This document shows, piece after piece, positions 26,320 to 40,299 of a stretch of DNA of 64,000 bases (the first letter of the stretch is position 1; each line of letters opens with the position of its first letter). Below the pieces are notes generated by a model, which made no database searches, had not been told where the DNA came from, and saw only the letters and a list, made by a program, of their open reading frames with translations. The stretch spans positions 122,390,001 through 122,454,000 of the forward strand of contig CM059432.1 in the NCBI GenBank assembly GCA_030390025.1, in the 5' to 3' direction. This DNA is from Squalus acanthias. Lineage: Eukaryota. The position numbers were made by a program, and so were the translations under genes.

Positions 26320-27363
26320 TTCAGTGTAGTCACTGTTGTAATGTAGGAAACGTGGCAGCCAATTTACACACAGCAAGCTCCCACAAACATCAATGTGATT
26401 ATGATCAGATAATCTGTTTTTGTTATGTTGATTGAGGAATAAATATTGGCAAGGACACAGGGGTAACTCCCCAGCTCTTCTTCGAAATAGTGCCGTGGGA
26501 TCTTTTACGTCCACCTGAGAGAGAGCAGACGGAGCCTCGGTTTAACGTCACATCCGAAAGACGGCACCTCTCACAGTGCAGCACTCCCTCAGTACTGCAG
26601 TGGGAGTGTCAGCCTAGATTTTTGTGCTCAAGTCCCTGGAGTGGGATTTTAACCCACAACCTTCTGGGCTGGATTTTGATACGGGGCGGGTTGGGGTCGT
26701 GTCATCCACTTTTCGTGTTATCCACCCGACTGCAATTGGATGTGGGAGATTGATGCGATTTTCACCTAATTGGGCCATTGAGTTCCAGCATGTGGGAACC
26801 CATGAACCAATTAGTGTTTTCAGTCTAAAAGTCGCCTCTGATGATGTCATCATTGCTGCTGCATTGAAGGTCTGCAAAGACTGCCTGGCCTTTGCTGTGA
26901 GAGGACCTGGATGCAAAATGAGCAGCAGCAGCCCTAAGTCTGCTCCCAGATATTTTTGCACCACCACTCCCAGATATGCCTCCTCCTCATCCCAGCCAGC
27001 CAGCCAGCCAGCCAGCCAAATGTGCTCCCGCCAGGTTTCACATTCGTGGTTCAGAACAGGCGTGCTTCACGTACAAAAAGGGTTAAAATCACAAAGGCCT
27101 TTCAAAATGGCATTATAGAGACAATTTAGTGCTTGTTAAGGGCCTTAACAGCCTATCCCGCCTCTTAGAGGCGGGACGGAGTCGGGACCAGCAGACATGA
27201 TTTAATGAAAATTGCGTGGAGGCGGGATGGAGGCGGGCTTGTGCCCACCCGCCAGTTTTCGCAATTTTAACCCCCCACACGCCTCCAAACCCACCTCCAC
27301 GGGTCAATGAAAATCCAGCCCTCTGACTCAGAGGCGAGAGTGATACCCAATGAGCCAAAGCTG
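26320..27363 (-). mobile_element. Deu-type SINE interrupted by a MITE at 26666-27321
   Basis: Matches 32879-33345 in reverse; the tRNA head continues at 27322-27363. Confidence 0.85.
26666..27321. mobile_element. Internally deleted Harbinger derivative, TSD TCT
   Basis: TIRs GGGCTGGATTTT / AAAATCCAGCCC; TCT on both flanks; subterminal regions resemble 43452-47715. Confidence 0.9.
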
Positions 27364-27479
27364 ACAAAAATGGGGAAACAAGTCAGCCTTTATTCCATAA
27401 AAAGGTCTGAAAGGATTTGTGTTGGTCCAAGAGGGCTCACTTCTCTGATGGAGTCAGTGGAAAGTCATAACGGGAAGCA

Positions 27480-28080
27480 GAAGAGGGGTCCTTCTTCAGC
27501 AGATGATGCTGCAGACCCTCACAGTAAATGCCACTGGTGGTAGCACAGGAGGAGAAAGAACTTGATATCCGGGTTGGTTGATGAGCCTGTGGATCTAGAT
27601 CTCTCATGTTCCTGTTGGACATCCATGAGGAAAGAGATGAACCGTGTGACTCGAGCAAACAAAGTCTCTGTGATTTGTGACACACATCAATGCACAGCTG
27701 ATTGCCTGACATTTACAGTATACCCAGTGATAGCCTGAAACCACCCTCATGCTAACGTTTAGTGCCATTATTGCTTTTGCTTGCACTAGCTGTGCCTGTG
27801 GTGGAGTGTGGCTGCAGGTCTGCTTTCAGCATATGGCATAACTTCTTTCCTTTCTTTCTTTCTCTGTGACGACTTCCCAGGTAATCAGAGCCTCCGCAGG
27901 CATTGTTCCTCAGATAGATGGAGTATGTGCGCTCCTGCTTGTGTATTCTAGATTGAGGTACTTGTCGGTGGGTGCAAAGTACCTCTGGTGTAGCCTGACC
28001 CACCCGACATCCCTCAGTTGATCCTCTTCTTGTTCCAAAAAGCAGAGATATCGGTGATTTCCCAGTGGAAGACCCACTGT
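27480..28080 (-). pseudogene. Old degenerate Harbinger transposase remnant
   Basis: Weak resemblance to GYH/VC, ESHGS and FRCLD regions of the transposases in this window. Confidence 0.45.
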
Positions 28081-29021
28081 AGTACTATTGCAGCGGTAAT
28101 AATATTTAAAAAAAACACACCACAGCAATTGTCAAAATCCACAGTGGCAACATGAAAAAAAATACAATGGAAAAAAAATCCTCATCAACTGCCTGACAAA
28201 GTGGCAATCTTACTACTGGTCTTTTTTGTAGTTCAGCAACTTGGAATGTCCTATTTACGAGTGCATAAATGAAACAGGGGTGAATGGGCGGAAACTCCGA
28301 CAAATTGTATGACTGGTGTCTCATTTACGCATTTATTTACATGCATCCGCCCGCAACGTTTCACCGCACTGGTAGTTGTTTCATGGACTAGACTAAAGTC
28401 CAATCATAAAATCCGATGCAGGGAGAAGGTAGGAGGAGATCCAGCATTACACACTACTGCCCAGTTTTCCAGTTGAATTCAGGTTCTTCCAATTTATGGC
28501 CAAAAATCAGGCAAACTCAATCAGAAAATCTATTCTGATGGATGGAAACGAAAGCAGTATTGCTCACTATCAAATATATATACATGAAACACTTTATGAT
28601 GTACTGCATTATTCAATTTTCACACAAATCATATACATGATGGTCATCGTACTATGTTTTACCATGTTGAGACCTTTTAAGGTAAGTTATCCAATCGAGT
28701 TCTATTCAACTCTGTGTAAAGGACCTTAAACAGTGTTGTACTGTAACACTGTGTGAATAGAAAGAACAGTTTGTGGTAAGTGAGAATCAATATTGTATAG
28801 TAATTTGTAAGTGTCCTGAAGGCATGTTTGTGTACAACATCGCTATACCGCTGTGCTATCAGAAATATCGTGGCTGATATTCCATTGTTGTAACTAATTC
28901 TGACAAAGAGTTCACACATGAAAGGTTAACGTGTTGCTTTTTCTTGACAGATATTGATGGCCTGCTATGGTTTTTCTGCTTTTCCTGTTTTTATTTCAGA
29001 TTACCAGCATTTGCAGTTTTT

Positions 29022-29590
29022 CATAGAATTAAATAGAATCTATAGCACAGAAACTGGCCATTCGGCCCAACTGGTCTATGCTGGAGACGAGCCTCTTCTA
29101 ACTTTAATTACCTCATACCACCCTGCCCCCTTATCCCTCTTTGCCCTTCTCCCTCATGTATGCATCAAGCCTCCTGTTAAATGCATCAATGCTGTCTGAT
29201 GCACCCACTCCATGAGCCAGCAGATTCCACATTCTCAAAACTCTCCATGTAAAGTCATCCCTACAAAATTCTTTGTTTGATCTGTCTAATATTTATACGC
29301 CATTTTTCTGGTCTCACCCACAACTGGAAACAATTTCTCCACATCCACCTTATCAAACTTTCATCATTCCAAAGACCTCTAGCACTTGTCTCCTTAGCCT
29401 TCTCTTTTCCAAATAAAAGACCGCAGTCTGTTCACATTTTCCTGATAGTTGCATCCTCTCAATTCTGGTAACATCCATGTAAATCTTTTTTTTGCACTTT
29501 CTCCAGTGCATCAATATCCTTTTTGTAGTATGGAGACCAGAACTGTACACAGTACTCCAAGTGTGATCTAACCGAGGTATTCTATTCCTC
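29022..29590 (-). mobile_element. CR1 3' fragment, degenerate
   Basis: [10 protein letters not shown] region and CR1 tail in reverse. Confidence 0.8.
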
Positions 29591-29608
29591 AAGAAACAAA
29601 GCCCAGTA

Positions 29609-30937
29609 CATAAGAATATAAGAATTAGGAGCAGGAGTAGGCCATACGGTCCCTCGAGCCTGCTCTGCCATTCAATAAGATCATGGCTGAACTTCAAACT
29701 CAACTCCACTTTCCCGCCCGATCTCCATATCCCTTGATTCCCCTAGATTCCAAAAATCTATCTATCTCAGCCTTGAATATACTCAATGATTCAGCATCCA
29801 CAGCTCTTTGGGGTAGAGAATTACAAAGATTCACAACCCTCTGAGTGAAGAAATTCCTCCTCATTTCAGTCTTAAATGGCCGAGCCCTTATTCTGAGATT
29901 ATGCCCCCTAGTTCTAGACTCTCCAGCCAGGGGAAACAACTTCTCAGCATGTACCCTGTCAATTCCCCTCAGGATCATATATGTTTCATTGAGATCACCT
30001 CTCATTCTGCTAAACTTCAGAGAGTATAGGCCCAATCTACTCAATCTCTCCACATAGGACAACCCTCTCATCCCAGGAATCAATCCAGTGAACCTTCGTT
30101 GCACCACCTCTAAGGCAAGTATATCCTTCCTCAGATAAGGAGACTAAAACTGCGCACAGTACTCCAGGTGTGGTCTCACCAAAGCCCTGTACAATTGTAG
30201 CAAAACTTCTTTACTCTTGTACTCCAACCCCCTTGCAATAAAGGCCAACATGCCGTTTGCCTTCCTAATTCCTTGCTGTACCTGCATACTAACTCTCTGT
30301 GTTTCCTGTACGAGGACACCTAAATCTCTCTGAACACCAACATCTAATAGTTTCTCACCATTTAAAAAGTATTCTGTTTTTCTATTCTACCTACCAAAGT
30401 GAATAACCCCACATTATACTCCATCTGTCACCTTATTGCCCACCCACTATACCTGTTTATATCCCTTTGCAGGCTCCTTGTGTCCTCCTCACAGCTTACT
30501 TTCCCACCTAGCTTTGTATCGCCAGCAAACTTGGATACATTACACTCGGTCCCTTCATCTAAGTCATTAATATAGATTGTAAATAGCTGAGGCCCAAGCA
30601 CTGATCCTTGCGGCACCCCACTAGTTACAGCCTGCCAACCGGAAAATGACCCGTTTATCCCTACTCTCTGTTTTCTGTCCATTAACCAATCCTTTATCCA
30701 TGCTAATATATTACCCCAACCCCATGAGCCCTTATCTTGCATAATAACCTTTTATGTGGCACCTTATCGAATGCCTTTTGGAAATCAAATATATTACATC
30801 CACCGGTTCCCCTTTATCGACTCTGCTAGTTACATCCTCTAAAACCTCTAATAAATTTGTTAAACACAATTTCCCTTTCATAAAACCATGTTGACTCTGC
30901 CTAATCATGTTATGATTTTCTAAGTGCCCGGTTACCA
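29609..30937 (-). mobile_element. CR1 3' portion (RT)
   Basis: QHGFMKG, GVPQGSVLGP, RRNFFTQRVV; tail taagaatataagaattaggagcagg. Confidence 0.92.
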
Positions 30938-30939
30938 CA

Positions 30940-31616
30940 ACGTATGACGTTTCATCTGTCAAAAAATTTTGACAGATGATTTGTCATCGCTTGACAGCTC
31001 TGTGAAGCTGTCAAACAATGACATTCTCTGCAGTTTGATGAGGTCGTGCATACAAGACCTCATCAACCTTCTTTCTTTTACAGAAATGAGATGGTTGTTG
31101 CATCTGAGAATGCAACGGCCATCTCTCATCTGCAACACGGAGGTCCGAGAGTCTCCGCATACAATCCGACAGAAGCCTGCAGGAAGAAACAAAGGTAAGT
31201 ACACTTTTAAAACCACTTTGCACTTACCTCAGATACTCACCTCTACACTCTTGCACCCATCACTTACCTTCACACCACACTTTTGCACCCCCCCCACCCC
31301 CCGACCCTCGCAGACCCAGTACTCGCCTCACTGACTGGGCGTGTTTTGGAGCCTTCGGGAAGCCCCCATTCGTGAGGGCAAAAAGAGGATAATCCTATTT
31401 TCTGCCTGTTAACTACCTGTTAACGGGCAGTTAATAGGTTTTAATCCCTTCCTGCCTCCAAGGAGATGGGACCCAGCACGGGACGGCTACCCGCCTCCTG
31501 GGAAGATGGCATGGAGGCGGGTTAGGGGTGGGTTTGACACCTGCCCCCAACATCTGCCATTTTCCCGGCAGTCCCGCCTCCATACCCGCCTCCCCAGGGC
31601 TGGCAAAATCACCCCC
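30940..31616. mobile_element. Degenerate Harbinger derivative (Myb-like remnant and right terminus)
   Basis: Ends GGCAAAATCACCCCC with CCCGCC subterminal motifs; AAG/GTAAGT followed by an intron-like pyrimidine stretch. Confidence 0.55.
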
Positions 31617-32052
31617 ATTATATTTGGATTTTCAAAAGGCCTTCGATAAGGTACCGTATAGAACACTCATGACCAATGTTCCCTGTAAAAATTTTTCGAT
31701 GCAAGGCCCTTTTAAGGGCTGCACAGCCCATCCAAACTTCCCTGGAAGTGGTTGATAGGGCAGACGTAGAGTAGATGTTTCCACTTGTGGGGAAAACCAG
31801 AATGAGGGGCCATAAATATAAGATAGTCTCTAATAAATCCAATAGGGAATTCAGGAGAAACTTCTTTACCCAGAGAGTGGTTAGAATGTGGAACTCGGTA
31901 CTGCAGGGAGTAGTTAAACACATGAGGGAGAAAGCAATTGAAGGATATGTTAATGGGGTTAGATGAAGAAGGATGGGAGGAAGCTTGTGTGGAGCATAAA
32001 CACCAGCATGGACCTGTTGGGTGAAATGGCCTGTTTCTGTGCTGTAAATACT
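31617..32052 (+). mobile_element. CR1 fragments on the plus strand
   Basis: YLDFQKAFDKVP at ~31620; MFPLVGKTRMRGH...RNFFTQRVV and 3' tail. Confidence 0.8.
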
Positions 32053-32059
32053 AAGTAAT

Positions 32060-33790
32060 ACTATCTCAATCGATATAGATTCTGTTTCTATCTTTTTGTT
32101 AGTTAGGTCCTTTTTTGCTCCTGACATTTTGTTATTTCTGATCAACACAGCTACCCTAGCACGCCTTCTATCTTCCCTATCTTTTCTAAATACATTATAG
32201 AATGCAATATCCTGTCCTGCCTGCAACCATGTTCCTGTTATCCCTACTAAATCTATTTCCTCACTTCTAATTATTGCATACAATTATCCTGTTTTTTCGC
32301 TGGTGCTCTATACATTGCTACCCAGGCAATTTAATAGGCTCTTACTTTTCTATGTGGCTGCTTTATTTTTATCAGATATTTTATAATTACTTCCTGTAGC
32401 CTATTCTCTTCCCTGAGTATTTAAGTTATTTCTATCTCTTTTTGCACTCTGACCTTTGCTCTCGTCCCTTTTTATGTATCTTTAGGTCACTATTATATGC
32501 CCCTGAACCCTCCCCACCTCTTTACTTAAGCTTGGTTGAGATGCAGCCTGTTCCAGTGGTACAGCTCCTTCCTGTCCCAGTGCTGGTGCCAGTTTCCCAT
32601 GAATTGAAACCCCTTCTTCCCACACCAGTCTTTCAGCCACACGTTTACTTTACTGATCTGTTTATCCCGATGTCAATTAGCAGGTGGCTTGGGTAGTAAT
32701 CCAGAGATTACCTTGAGCTCCTGTTTTCTAATTTAGCTCCTAACTCCTAATACTCCATCTGCAGGACCTCCTCCCTGTTCTTTCCTGTGTTGTTGGTTCC
32801 AACATCGATCACAACAGCTGGTCCTTCCCCCTCCCCTTTCAAGTCACTATCCTGCTGCTTCAAAATAACTGCAGATACCAGCCGTGGCTCAGTGGGTAGC
32901 ACTCTCACCTCTGAGTCAGACAGTTGTGGGTTCAAGTCCCACTCCAGGGACTTGAGCACAAAATATCTAGGCTGACACTCCAGTGCAGTACTGAGGGTGC
33001 GCTGTACTGTCAGAGGTGCCGTCTTTTGGATGAGACGTTAAACCGAGGCCCCGTCTGCTCTCTCAGGTGGATGTAAAAGATCTCATGGCACTACTTTGAA
33101 GAAGAGCAGGGGAGTTCTCCTTGGTGTCCTAGCTAATATTTATCCCTCAAGCAACATCACAAAAACAGATTATCTGGTCATTATCACATTGCTGTTTGTG
33201 GGAGCTTGCTGTGCACAAATTGGCTATGGCGTTTCCTACATTACAACAGCGACTACACTTCAAAAGTACTTCATTGGCTGTAAAGCGCTTTGGGACATCC
33301 TGAGGTCATGAAAGGCGCGATATAAATGCAAGCCTTTCTTTTTCTTTCTCTATCCCACAAATAATTGAAGTCTCTAAGACTACAACCTTTTTATTCTGCT
33401 TCCCCACTTGAATCACCGCCTGCTCCATGGTGCCTTGGTTAGCATTTAGGCCATCCTTCCCTCAGCCTTCCTCCTTATCCCGACAGGTAGCCAGTATATC
33501 ATACCAGGTGGGCATTTTCTGCAGTTCCTCTTTATCTCCCCCCACTAACCCGCTGACTGTCAATCACACACTCCTCTTCCTGTACCTGTATCCCCCTATG
33601 TCATATGACTGTGTTCTGGAGTATCCAGATATTCCTCCCTCTCCCTTAAATGTTGGATGTCTTTGTCTCACATCCCACATCAATACGTAGACACTCCCAC
33701 AGGTGTGGTCATCCGGGACAGTCTCACTGTCCACAAATTCCCACATTCTGCAGTCTTGACACACTGCCTGTGCTGCCATTATCTACTTTA
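32060..33790 (-). mobile_element. Old CR1 5' portion (ORF1 and endonuclease), interrupted by a SINE
   Basis: MAAQAVCQDCRMWE zinc finger, VGTNN esterase motif, VGITGTWL and FRKDR endonuclease motifs. Confidence 0.75.
32879..33345 (+). mobile_element. Full-length tRNA-derived Deu-type SINE
   Basis: A box TGGCTCAGTGG, B box GGTTCAAGTCC, conserved body, L2-like tail aaatgcaag + T-rich end. Confidence 0.88.
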
Positions 33791-33967
33791 TATATTTATT
33801 TATCTATTTCTAGTGCTAACTGATTCACCTTTAATACTAAATTATGATTAACAGATGTATTTCCTTTTTAATTGCAACCAATTTTTCAGTTGGGACTGAC
33901 CAATATTCAAGGTTGAAGTTTGCCTCGAATCCTGTTTACTGGTCTGAGGGATTTGACTGATATTATC

Positions 33968-34290
33968 TGGACAGAAAATGCTGGAAATACTCAGCAGGTC
34001 AGGCAGCATCTGTAGAGAGAGAAACCGAGTTAACGTTTCAGGTCGATGGCCCTTCGTCAGAACTGGAAAAAGTTATTGAGATGTAACAGGTTTTTAAGCA
34101 AGTGTAGGGGCAGGGAAAGGAGGGAGGGGAGGAAAGAACAAAAAGGAAGGTCTGTGATAGGATGGAAGACAGGAGAGATTAAAAGACAAAAGGGATGATG
34201 ATGCAAGGCAAAAGGAGATGGACAAGTTAAGAAACAAAAGATGACTCTACAAAAGTGATGCTTGTTAACGTTAGAATTGTGACTTCTCCA
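33968..34290 (-). mobile_element. Penelope-like element 3' fragment
   Basis: Hammerhead motif followed on the minus strand by cagatgctgcctgacctgctgagtatttccagcattttctg, preceded by a pyrimidine-rich UTR. Confidence 0.75.
34028..34064 (-). ncRNA. Minimal type I hammerhead ribozyme
   Basis: AGTT-CTGACGA-AGG...CCT-GAAA-CG-TT-AACT on the minus strand. Confidence 0.75.
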
Positions 34291-34589
34291 GGTTCGTTAA
34301 CAAACCTAACTGTGATGGTTTGGACCATTTGAGAAACTGAAATTCTAGAGAGCACCCAAGGTTTACTGCTTCTGCATTAATCAGACCGCAATTCTGTGTC
34401 CTCTGGATAAGCCAGTCTGAATGTTTCTTAATATGAAATTTCATAGCACTGGTGATGAGGAAAGTTGTATCTGACGATAAGATGTTAATGTAGTGGAGAC
34501 AGGGTTTGGGGTGTTTTTGGCCAAGTTGCCCTTTAGCCTAATGAAGTTAACGTCCATATTTTCCATGGCCCAGTTATTGTTTGTGTCTG

Positions 34590-35480
34590 AGTATGTAGCA
34601 ACAGAGGAACACGAGTTGGTCATTCAGCCCCTCAAGATTGTTTGGCCATTCTATTAGCTCAAACTCCCTTTACCTGCCTTTGATCTATATCCCTTGATTA
34701 CCTTACCCAACAAAAATCTATTGATCTCAGTCTAGAAATTTTCAATTGACTCGGAATCCACAGTTTTTTGGGGGAGAGAATTCCAGATTTCAACCACCCT
34801 TTGTGTGAAGAAATGCTTCCTGATTTCACTCCTGAATTTCCTAGCTCTAATTTTAAGATTGTGCCCTCCCCCCCGCCCCTTGTTCTGGACCCCCTCACCA
34901 GAGGAAATAGCTTCTCTGTATCTACCCTAACAAATCCTTTTATCATTTTAAACTCCTCAATTAAATCACCCCTCAAACTTCTAAAATTAACAGGCTTCTA
35001 AATCTAGAATCAAGCCGAATTTATGCAACCTGCCCTCGTAACTTAACCCTTTTAAGCCCTGGTATTATTCTGGTGAATCTGCACTGTACCCCCTCCAAGG
35101 CCAATATATCCTTCCAGAGGTGCGATGCCTAAAACTGAACACATTACTCCAATTCGGTCTGAACAAGGCTCTGCATAACTGAAGCATAACTTCCACCCCC
35201 TTGTATTCCAGCCCTCATGAGATAAAGCCCAACATTTCATTAGCCTTTTTGATTACTTTTTTAATTTGTTCACTAGGTTTTAGTGATCTGTGTACATGGA
35301 CACGCAAATCCCTTTCCTGCTCCACAGTTGTCTCTTGCCATTAAGAAAAAATTCTGATACGTCCTTTTTGGATCCAAAGTGGATGATCTCACACTTCCCA
35401 ATGCAGAACTCCGTCTGCCACAGTTTTGCCCACTCATTTAATCTGTCTATGTCTCCTTGTAACTTCCTACTCCTCTCTCT
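34590..35480 (-). mobile_element. CR1 3' fragment, degenerate
   Basis: MRGDLIEEFKMIKGF...KLFPLV and upstream RT-associated motifs. Confidence 0.82.
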
Positions 35481-36024
35481 CTAAATTCCTACTGGACCTG
35501 AGAGGTAATTTAGATGTAGATTCCAGCAGACAGCTGCTGATTTAAATGCAGACCAGACTGCCAGGAAACTCTGATTCAACAAACACACAAGACACCAGGG
35601 AATTCAGAGAGACGGGCACATAGACACAAGACCACCAGAGAAAAGTTATGGAAGATTAAAATAAAATAAGGAAAGATAAAATAAAATAACAAGCAGACAC
35701 ATACCTGCACTTAGAAACTCATTTCCAGCCATTAAAACCAACCCACAATATATGCAGGGGGTGAAATTCGATTAAGCTCAAAAACAGGCACTGGGAGCTG
35801 CGCCCGTTCAGATTGGTGTAGGCAGCACGCAAAATTCCTGCTGCCTGCTCATTTACATGATTGTAGCCCTGATCTCAGCGCTAAAGGTGCTGCTGGTTGG
35901 CTTAGTTGGGAGCCAATATCAGGTGCAGTCTAATGGCCAATAAAATTTTGTCCAGGCTCGCTGCGCTACTTAAAGGGGAGGTCCTTTGTTGCAGAAGCAC
36001 CTCATTGTTACTCTGGATGCAGCC

Positions 36025-37832
36025 ATGGCTCAAAAGGGAAGAGAGAGGACAAGGAGATTCTCAGATGCAGCACTGAGGCCTTGGTCCCGGAGGTGTACAG
36101 AAGAAGACGGGTCCTCTACCCACAGGGGGAAGGAGGCCTTCCAGGCAGCATGATAGGAGGCAGTAGGAGGAGATAGCAGAAGCCGTCAATGCCACGTGTG
36201 TTGCCCCAAGGACCTGGATCCAGTGCCGCAAGAAGTTAAATGACCTCACCCGAGGGGTCAAGGTGAATGAATGCATCTTCAAATGCCATATCCCACCATC
36301 TGCACCATCAGCCTCACACACTGCTCAATGCACCACACCCCCATCTCTCGCCTACCAACAATCTCTAGCAATCACGACTCATACCTCACAATCATAGCTT
36401 CAACTCAATCCCACACACTTACCACTGCTGCAAGACTCACACCCACATCTCACACCTTTCACACACTGCCAGCTTTTCAACCACGACAGGCACATCACCC
36501 AAACACATTGCACCACACTCACTGACACACTTCATTTTTTCTTGCAGGCAAAGGTGGCTCACAACAGATGTGAGCAGCAGCAGACAGGCGAGGGGAAGCC
36601 TGACTTCAGAACCTTACTGCGCTGTCGGAGACTGTGCTGGAGATCATTGGAGGGGCCGCCACTGAGGGGGTAGCGAGCGCAAGGTTGTTCATACCTAATC
36701 CTTCTTCTCACATCCCACTTCCCCCTCATCCCACAATCTCTTCTCAGTTACAAGCTGCTGATGGAGTAAGCATGTACATCTGCTTTCCCTCCTCCCCTCA
36801 CCACAACCCTACCCTTGTTCCTACCCAGGAACAGCCAGCAGCCCAGCCTGTCCCCAACATTGTTGAGGAGGAGATTGAAGGAGAAGAAGAGGCACCGTTA
36901 CTTGTTCTGACACTCACAGGCACCAGCTCAGGAAATGGCACTGCGTAAACTTTAGAGCATAGTATAGAGGCAGGATCTGCACATGGTGAGTCACCAGGCA
37001 TGAGTGGGCTGCAGCTAGGCCAGGGGAAAAGGGTACATTGGGTGCCAGCTCCCTGGAGGGTGAGTTCATGCACGTGTTCTGCTGCACAGGACTCAGATGA
37101 TTACTTTGATGGGACGGCCTTCAGAAGAAGGGTGATGGGCACGCACACAAAAATGCTTCGTGCAATGGCAAGCCTGCCAGAGAGCCTCTTGTCAGTGTCA
37201 AGGAGCATGGAGCAGTTCAGCTCCAATATTGCACGGGGCTTTGTGCGGAGCTTGAAGCCATGATTTCCAGAATGTAAATGATAGTTAACTCATTTAGGAC
37301 ACTTGTGGACCTAACCATGGTGCTGAGTGTGATGGATGATGTCGCAGCTTCTATTGCAGCACAAGTGGAAGCGACCCAACATCTGAGTGCTGCAGTGGAG
37401 GCTGAGACTGCTTTCACGCAGGCTCAGCTTGCTGCCACGCAAGCTCAGACTTATGCCATCGTGGCTGGGTTTACGAGTGTGGAAAGGGCCTTGCAAGGTC
37501 TCACAGCAGTCCAGCAATCTGTGCTCCAACAGATGGCTAGGAATGCTGAGGTGCCACTCCAGGGGAGTGGCAGTGGCAGCATTCCTACTCCCACCACTGC
37601 CACTCCGCCAGTGCCCTTGCTGCTGCCTGTCAGCCTGCCAGCCCAGACTGCTGCCACCCATGTCGAGGTGGTGCAATCTACAGCCAGGCCTTCTAAGCCC
37701 AGAGCTGCTCGAGGTCATCCTGTAAGGCCAGCTGCAGTCTCCCCCACGGACACTCAGCAGCCTTCCTCCAGCCATGCTGCAGCCACTGGGGGAGCACTGC
37801 GTAGGAGCATTAGAGTAGGTAAAGGAACATGA
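36025..37832 (+). pseudogene. Harbinger Myb/SANT-like DNA-binding protein, spliced, disrupted
   Basis: MAQKGRERTRRFSDAAL...WIQCRKKLNDLTRGVK then GT; acceptor at ~36547; basic C-terminus. Confidence 0.78.
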
Positions 37833-38027
37833 AAGACAGACACTAAGGGAATACGCAAGGGTGATTAGTAGACGTTGTTATGTAGTTTTGCATTGATTCA
37901 TTTATAAATTATGGTTGGAATGTTTGTTTTGTGGTGGCTCTCATTTCAGCTCCAAGAGGATGCTGTGATGTTCCCTGACAGATGGTAAGGTGGGGAAGTG
38001 GTGAGCAACGGGGATCTGGGGTTTCAT

Positions 38028-38127
38028 TCAGGGGAACCGGAGTCTGATGAGGCGCTCATGGACAGCCCGCCTGGAAAGGGGATCTGCTGCCTGCCTCCTC
38101 TCTTCCTCCTCATCCTTCTCCTCATCC

Positions 38128-38158
<31 letters not shown>

Positions 38159-39100
38159 GAGGTGGTTCTGCAATCCCTGGTGGCAAGGGCTGGGTCCTCA
38201 TGATGGCCAAGTTGTGAAGCATGCAGCAGACCACCACAAAATGGGACACCCGCTCCTGTGTGTACTGGAGGGCTCCTCCTGAGCGGTCAAGGCAGCAGAA
38301 CCATTGCTTTAGCACCCCGATGGGCTGCTCAATGAGGTTTCTCTTGGCAACATGGCTCTCGTTATATGAGTGCTGGCCACGAGTGGTGGAGTTGCAAAGG
38401 GGAGTCATCAGCCAGATGTAGAGTGGATAGCCCTTGTCTCCGAGCAGCCACCCTTGGGTTCAATGTGGTGGCTGGAAGATTGCTGGCACACCGGACTGGC
38501 GCAAGATGAAGGCATCATGACTGCTGTCTGGATACTTGGCATTCACCATCAAAATGTGCTGGGCGTGGCCACACACCAACTGCACATGAAGTGAGTGGTA
38601 GCCTTTGTGGTTGCAGTACATTTCAGGATTGATATGCAGTGCCCACAAAGGCACATGTGTGCAGTCGATGGCGCCCTGCACCATGGGGATGCCTGATATC
38701 CTGGCAAAGCCACATGCGCGCTCCTCCTGTTTCTCTCTGTTCAGAGAGAAGACAATGAAGTCCCTTCTCCTGGAGTACAGAGCCTCTGTGACCTCCCGGA
38801 TGCAGCAATGGACGGAAAACTGGGAAATGTTAGATATGTCTCCTGCTTCAGACTGGAAGGAACCGTTGCAAAAAAATTGAGTGCCACCGTGACCGTGAGG
38901 GCCACTGATAGCCCTGTCATTGCCCTACTCTCAGGCTGCAGGTCTCATTGCAGGAGGTGGCAGAGTTCAGTGACCACCTCCTTGGTGAAGCAGAGCCTCC
39001 TAATACACTGCTCCTGGCTTAAGTGCAGGTAAACGTACTCTCGTAAGACCCTAGGTGGGTAAGGCCTCCTGCTGAGAGCCCTCCTGCCCCTCCCCCTCCT
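38028..39100 (-). pseudogene. Harbinger DDE transposase, disrupted
   Basis: VQGAIDCTHV, SHDAFIL, GDKGY, IEQPIGVLK, CCMLHNL, acidic tail. Confidence 0.9.
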
Positions 39101-40299
39101 CCCTCTGCGAGCATCTTGTCCTCTTCTTCACTGCCTCTGCTCCATCTCCCTGTAATACTCGAGCACGAGGGCGACTGCAAGTAGAGCCCCCGTGACTGGG
39201 AGCAGGTGGTCTGAGCAGAACCGTTTAAATCAGAAGCAAGGCCTTCTCCACTTGCAGCAACACTCCCTGTCACCAGACCAATTTAAGTAACTGTAGAAAG
39301 CTCCACAAACTTAGACCGAGCCAGTAGAAATCAAAAAGCAAGTCAGCTGCAAGTTGTTGCTGATCCCTTCAAATATCACTGGTGGGGGCTCCTTCCTGCT
39401 GCTGAACGCATGTTCAGCTGGTTGTGATTTGGAGAGGACGTTGAATGGAGTGGTGACGTCCAAAATGGCAGGTCGTGCATCAAATCAGCATTGCACACTG
39501 ATTGACGACCGAGCTGCCTCATTACCATTTTTCTATCGAGCGCAGATAACAACCGCGCTGCCGACCTGCCAAAAATGGCGGCCACCGTGGGACATGCCGG
39601 AAGTGGGCGGAAGCGAGGTGGCTGGCATATTTTTGCCGAAACCAGTCTTAACAGCCGGCGTTAAGGCGCCGAATTTCATGGCCGCAGAGTTGGGATATGA
39701 ATTCTAAAATGGTGGTTTGCAGAGAGGAACCAAATTTTCAGTGCCATTTAAGGACAGTCAATTCTAAAACAGAATGGTGTCAATTAAACAAAAATGAGGA
39801 TACCCCCAAAAAAATCAGAACGTAGCCTAACTCAGATTTGAAAGATACTTTGCCTAAAAGAACCTTGCGCCTTTAAATATTCTGCTTGTTAACTCAATGG
39901 GCCAATTTCTGACTGCTGGTGTAAATTCACCAAATCATTTGCCCTTACGGTGCTGCTGTCATTGTCAAGAATTGATGCAAATCTAGCCAGAACATTAACA
40001 GTAAGCACAACTTTCCAGGTCCGCTCATTTGCACAATTGTTTATGTTATTCAATTTGGATTTGTGCTGGGAAGTATGGAATGAGAAAAATGTTTGTAGGT
40101 GAAATTTAAAGGGATGTGGACAGCTAAAGGCCAGTGTCAGAATAGGGGGACAAAAATTCTTGCAGCCTTTGGAAAGGCTCAAGTGTATTTCAACCCTCTG
40201 CCAGTCTTTGCCAAGGCCGAAGGGAGAGATAACCAAGAAGCGACAGACAAAAAGTGAAAGGAAACCCAATGTGGAGGCCCGAGTCTGCAGACAAGTGAT

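Larger units (their letters stand above)
35757..39683. mobile_element. PIF/Harbinger DNA transposon, full-length but decayed, TSD GCA
   Basis: TIRs GGGGGTGAAATTCG / CGAATTTCATGGCC; GCA on both flanks; convergent Myb (+) and transposase (-) genes. Confidence 0.9.

Noticed and set aside
32879..32950. Possible tRNA gene (also 26210-26284)
   Set aside because: These are tRNA-derived SINE heads continuing into SINE bodies.
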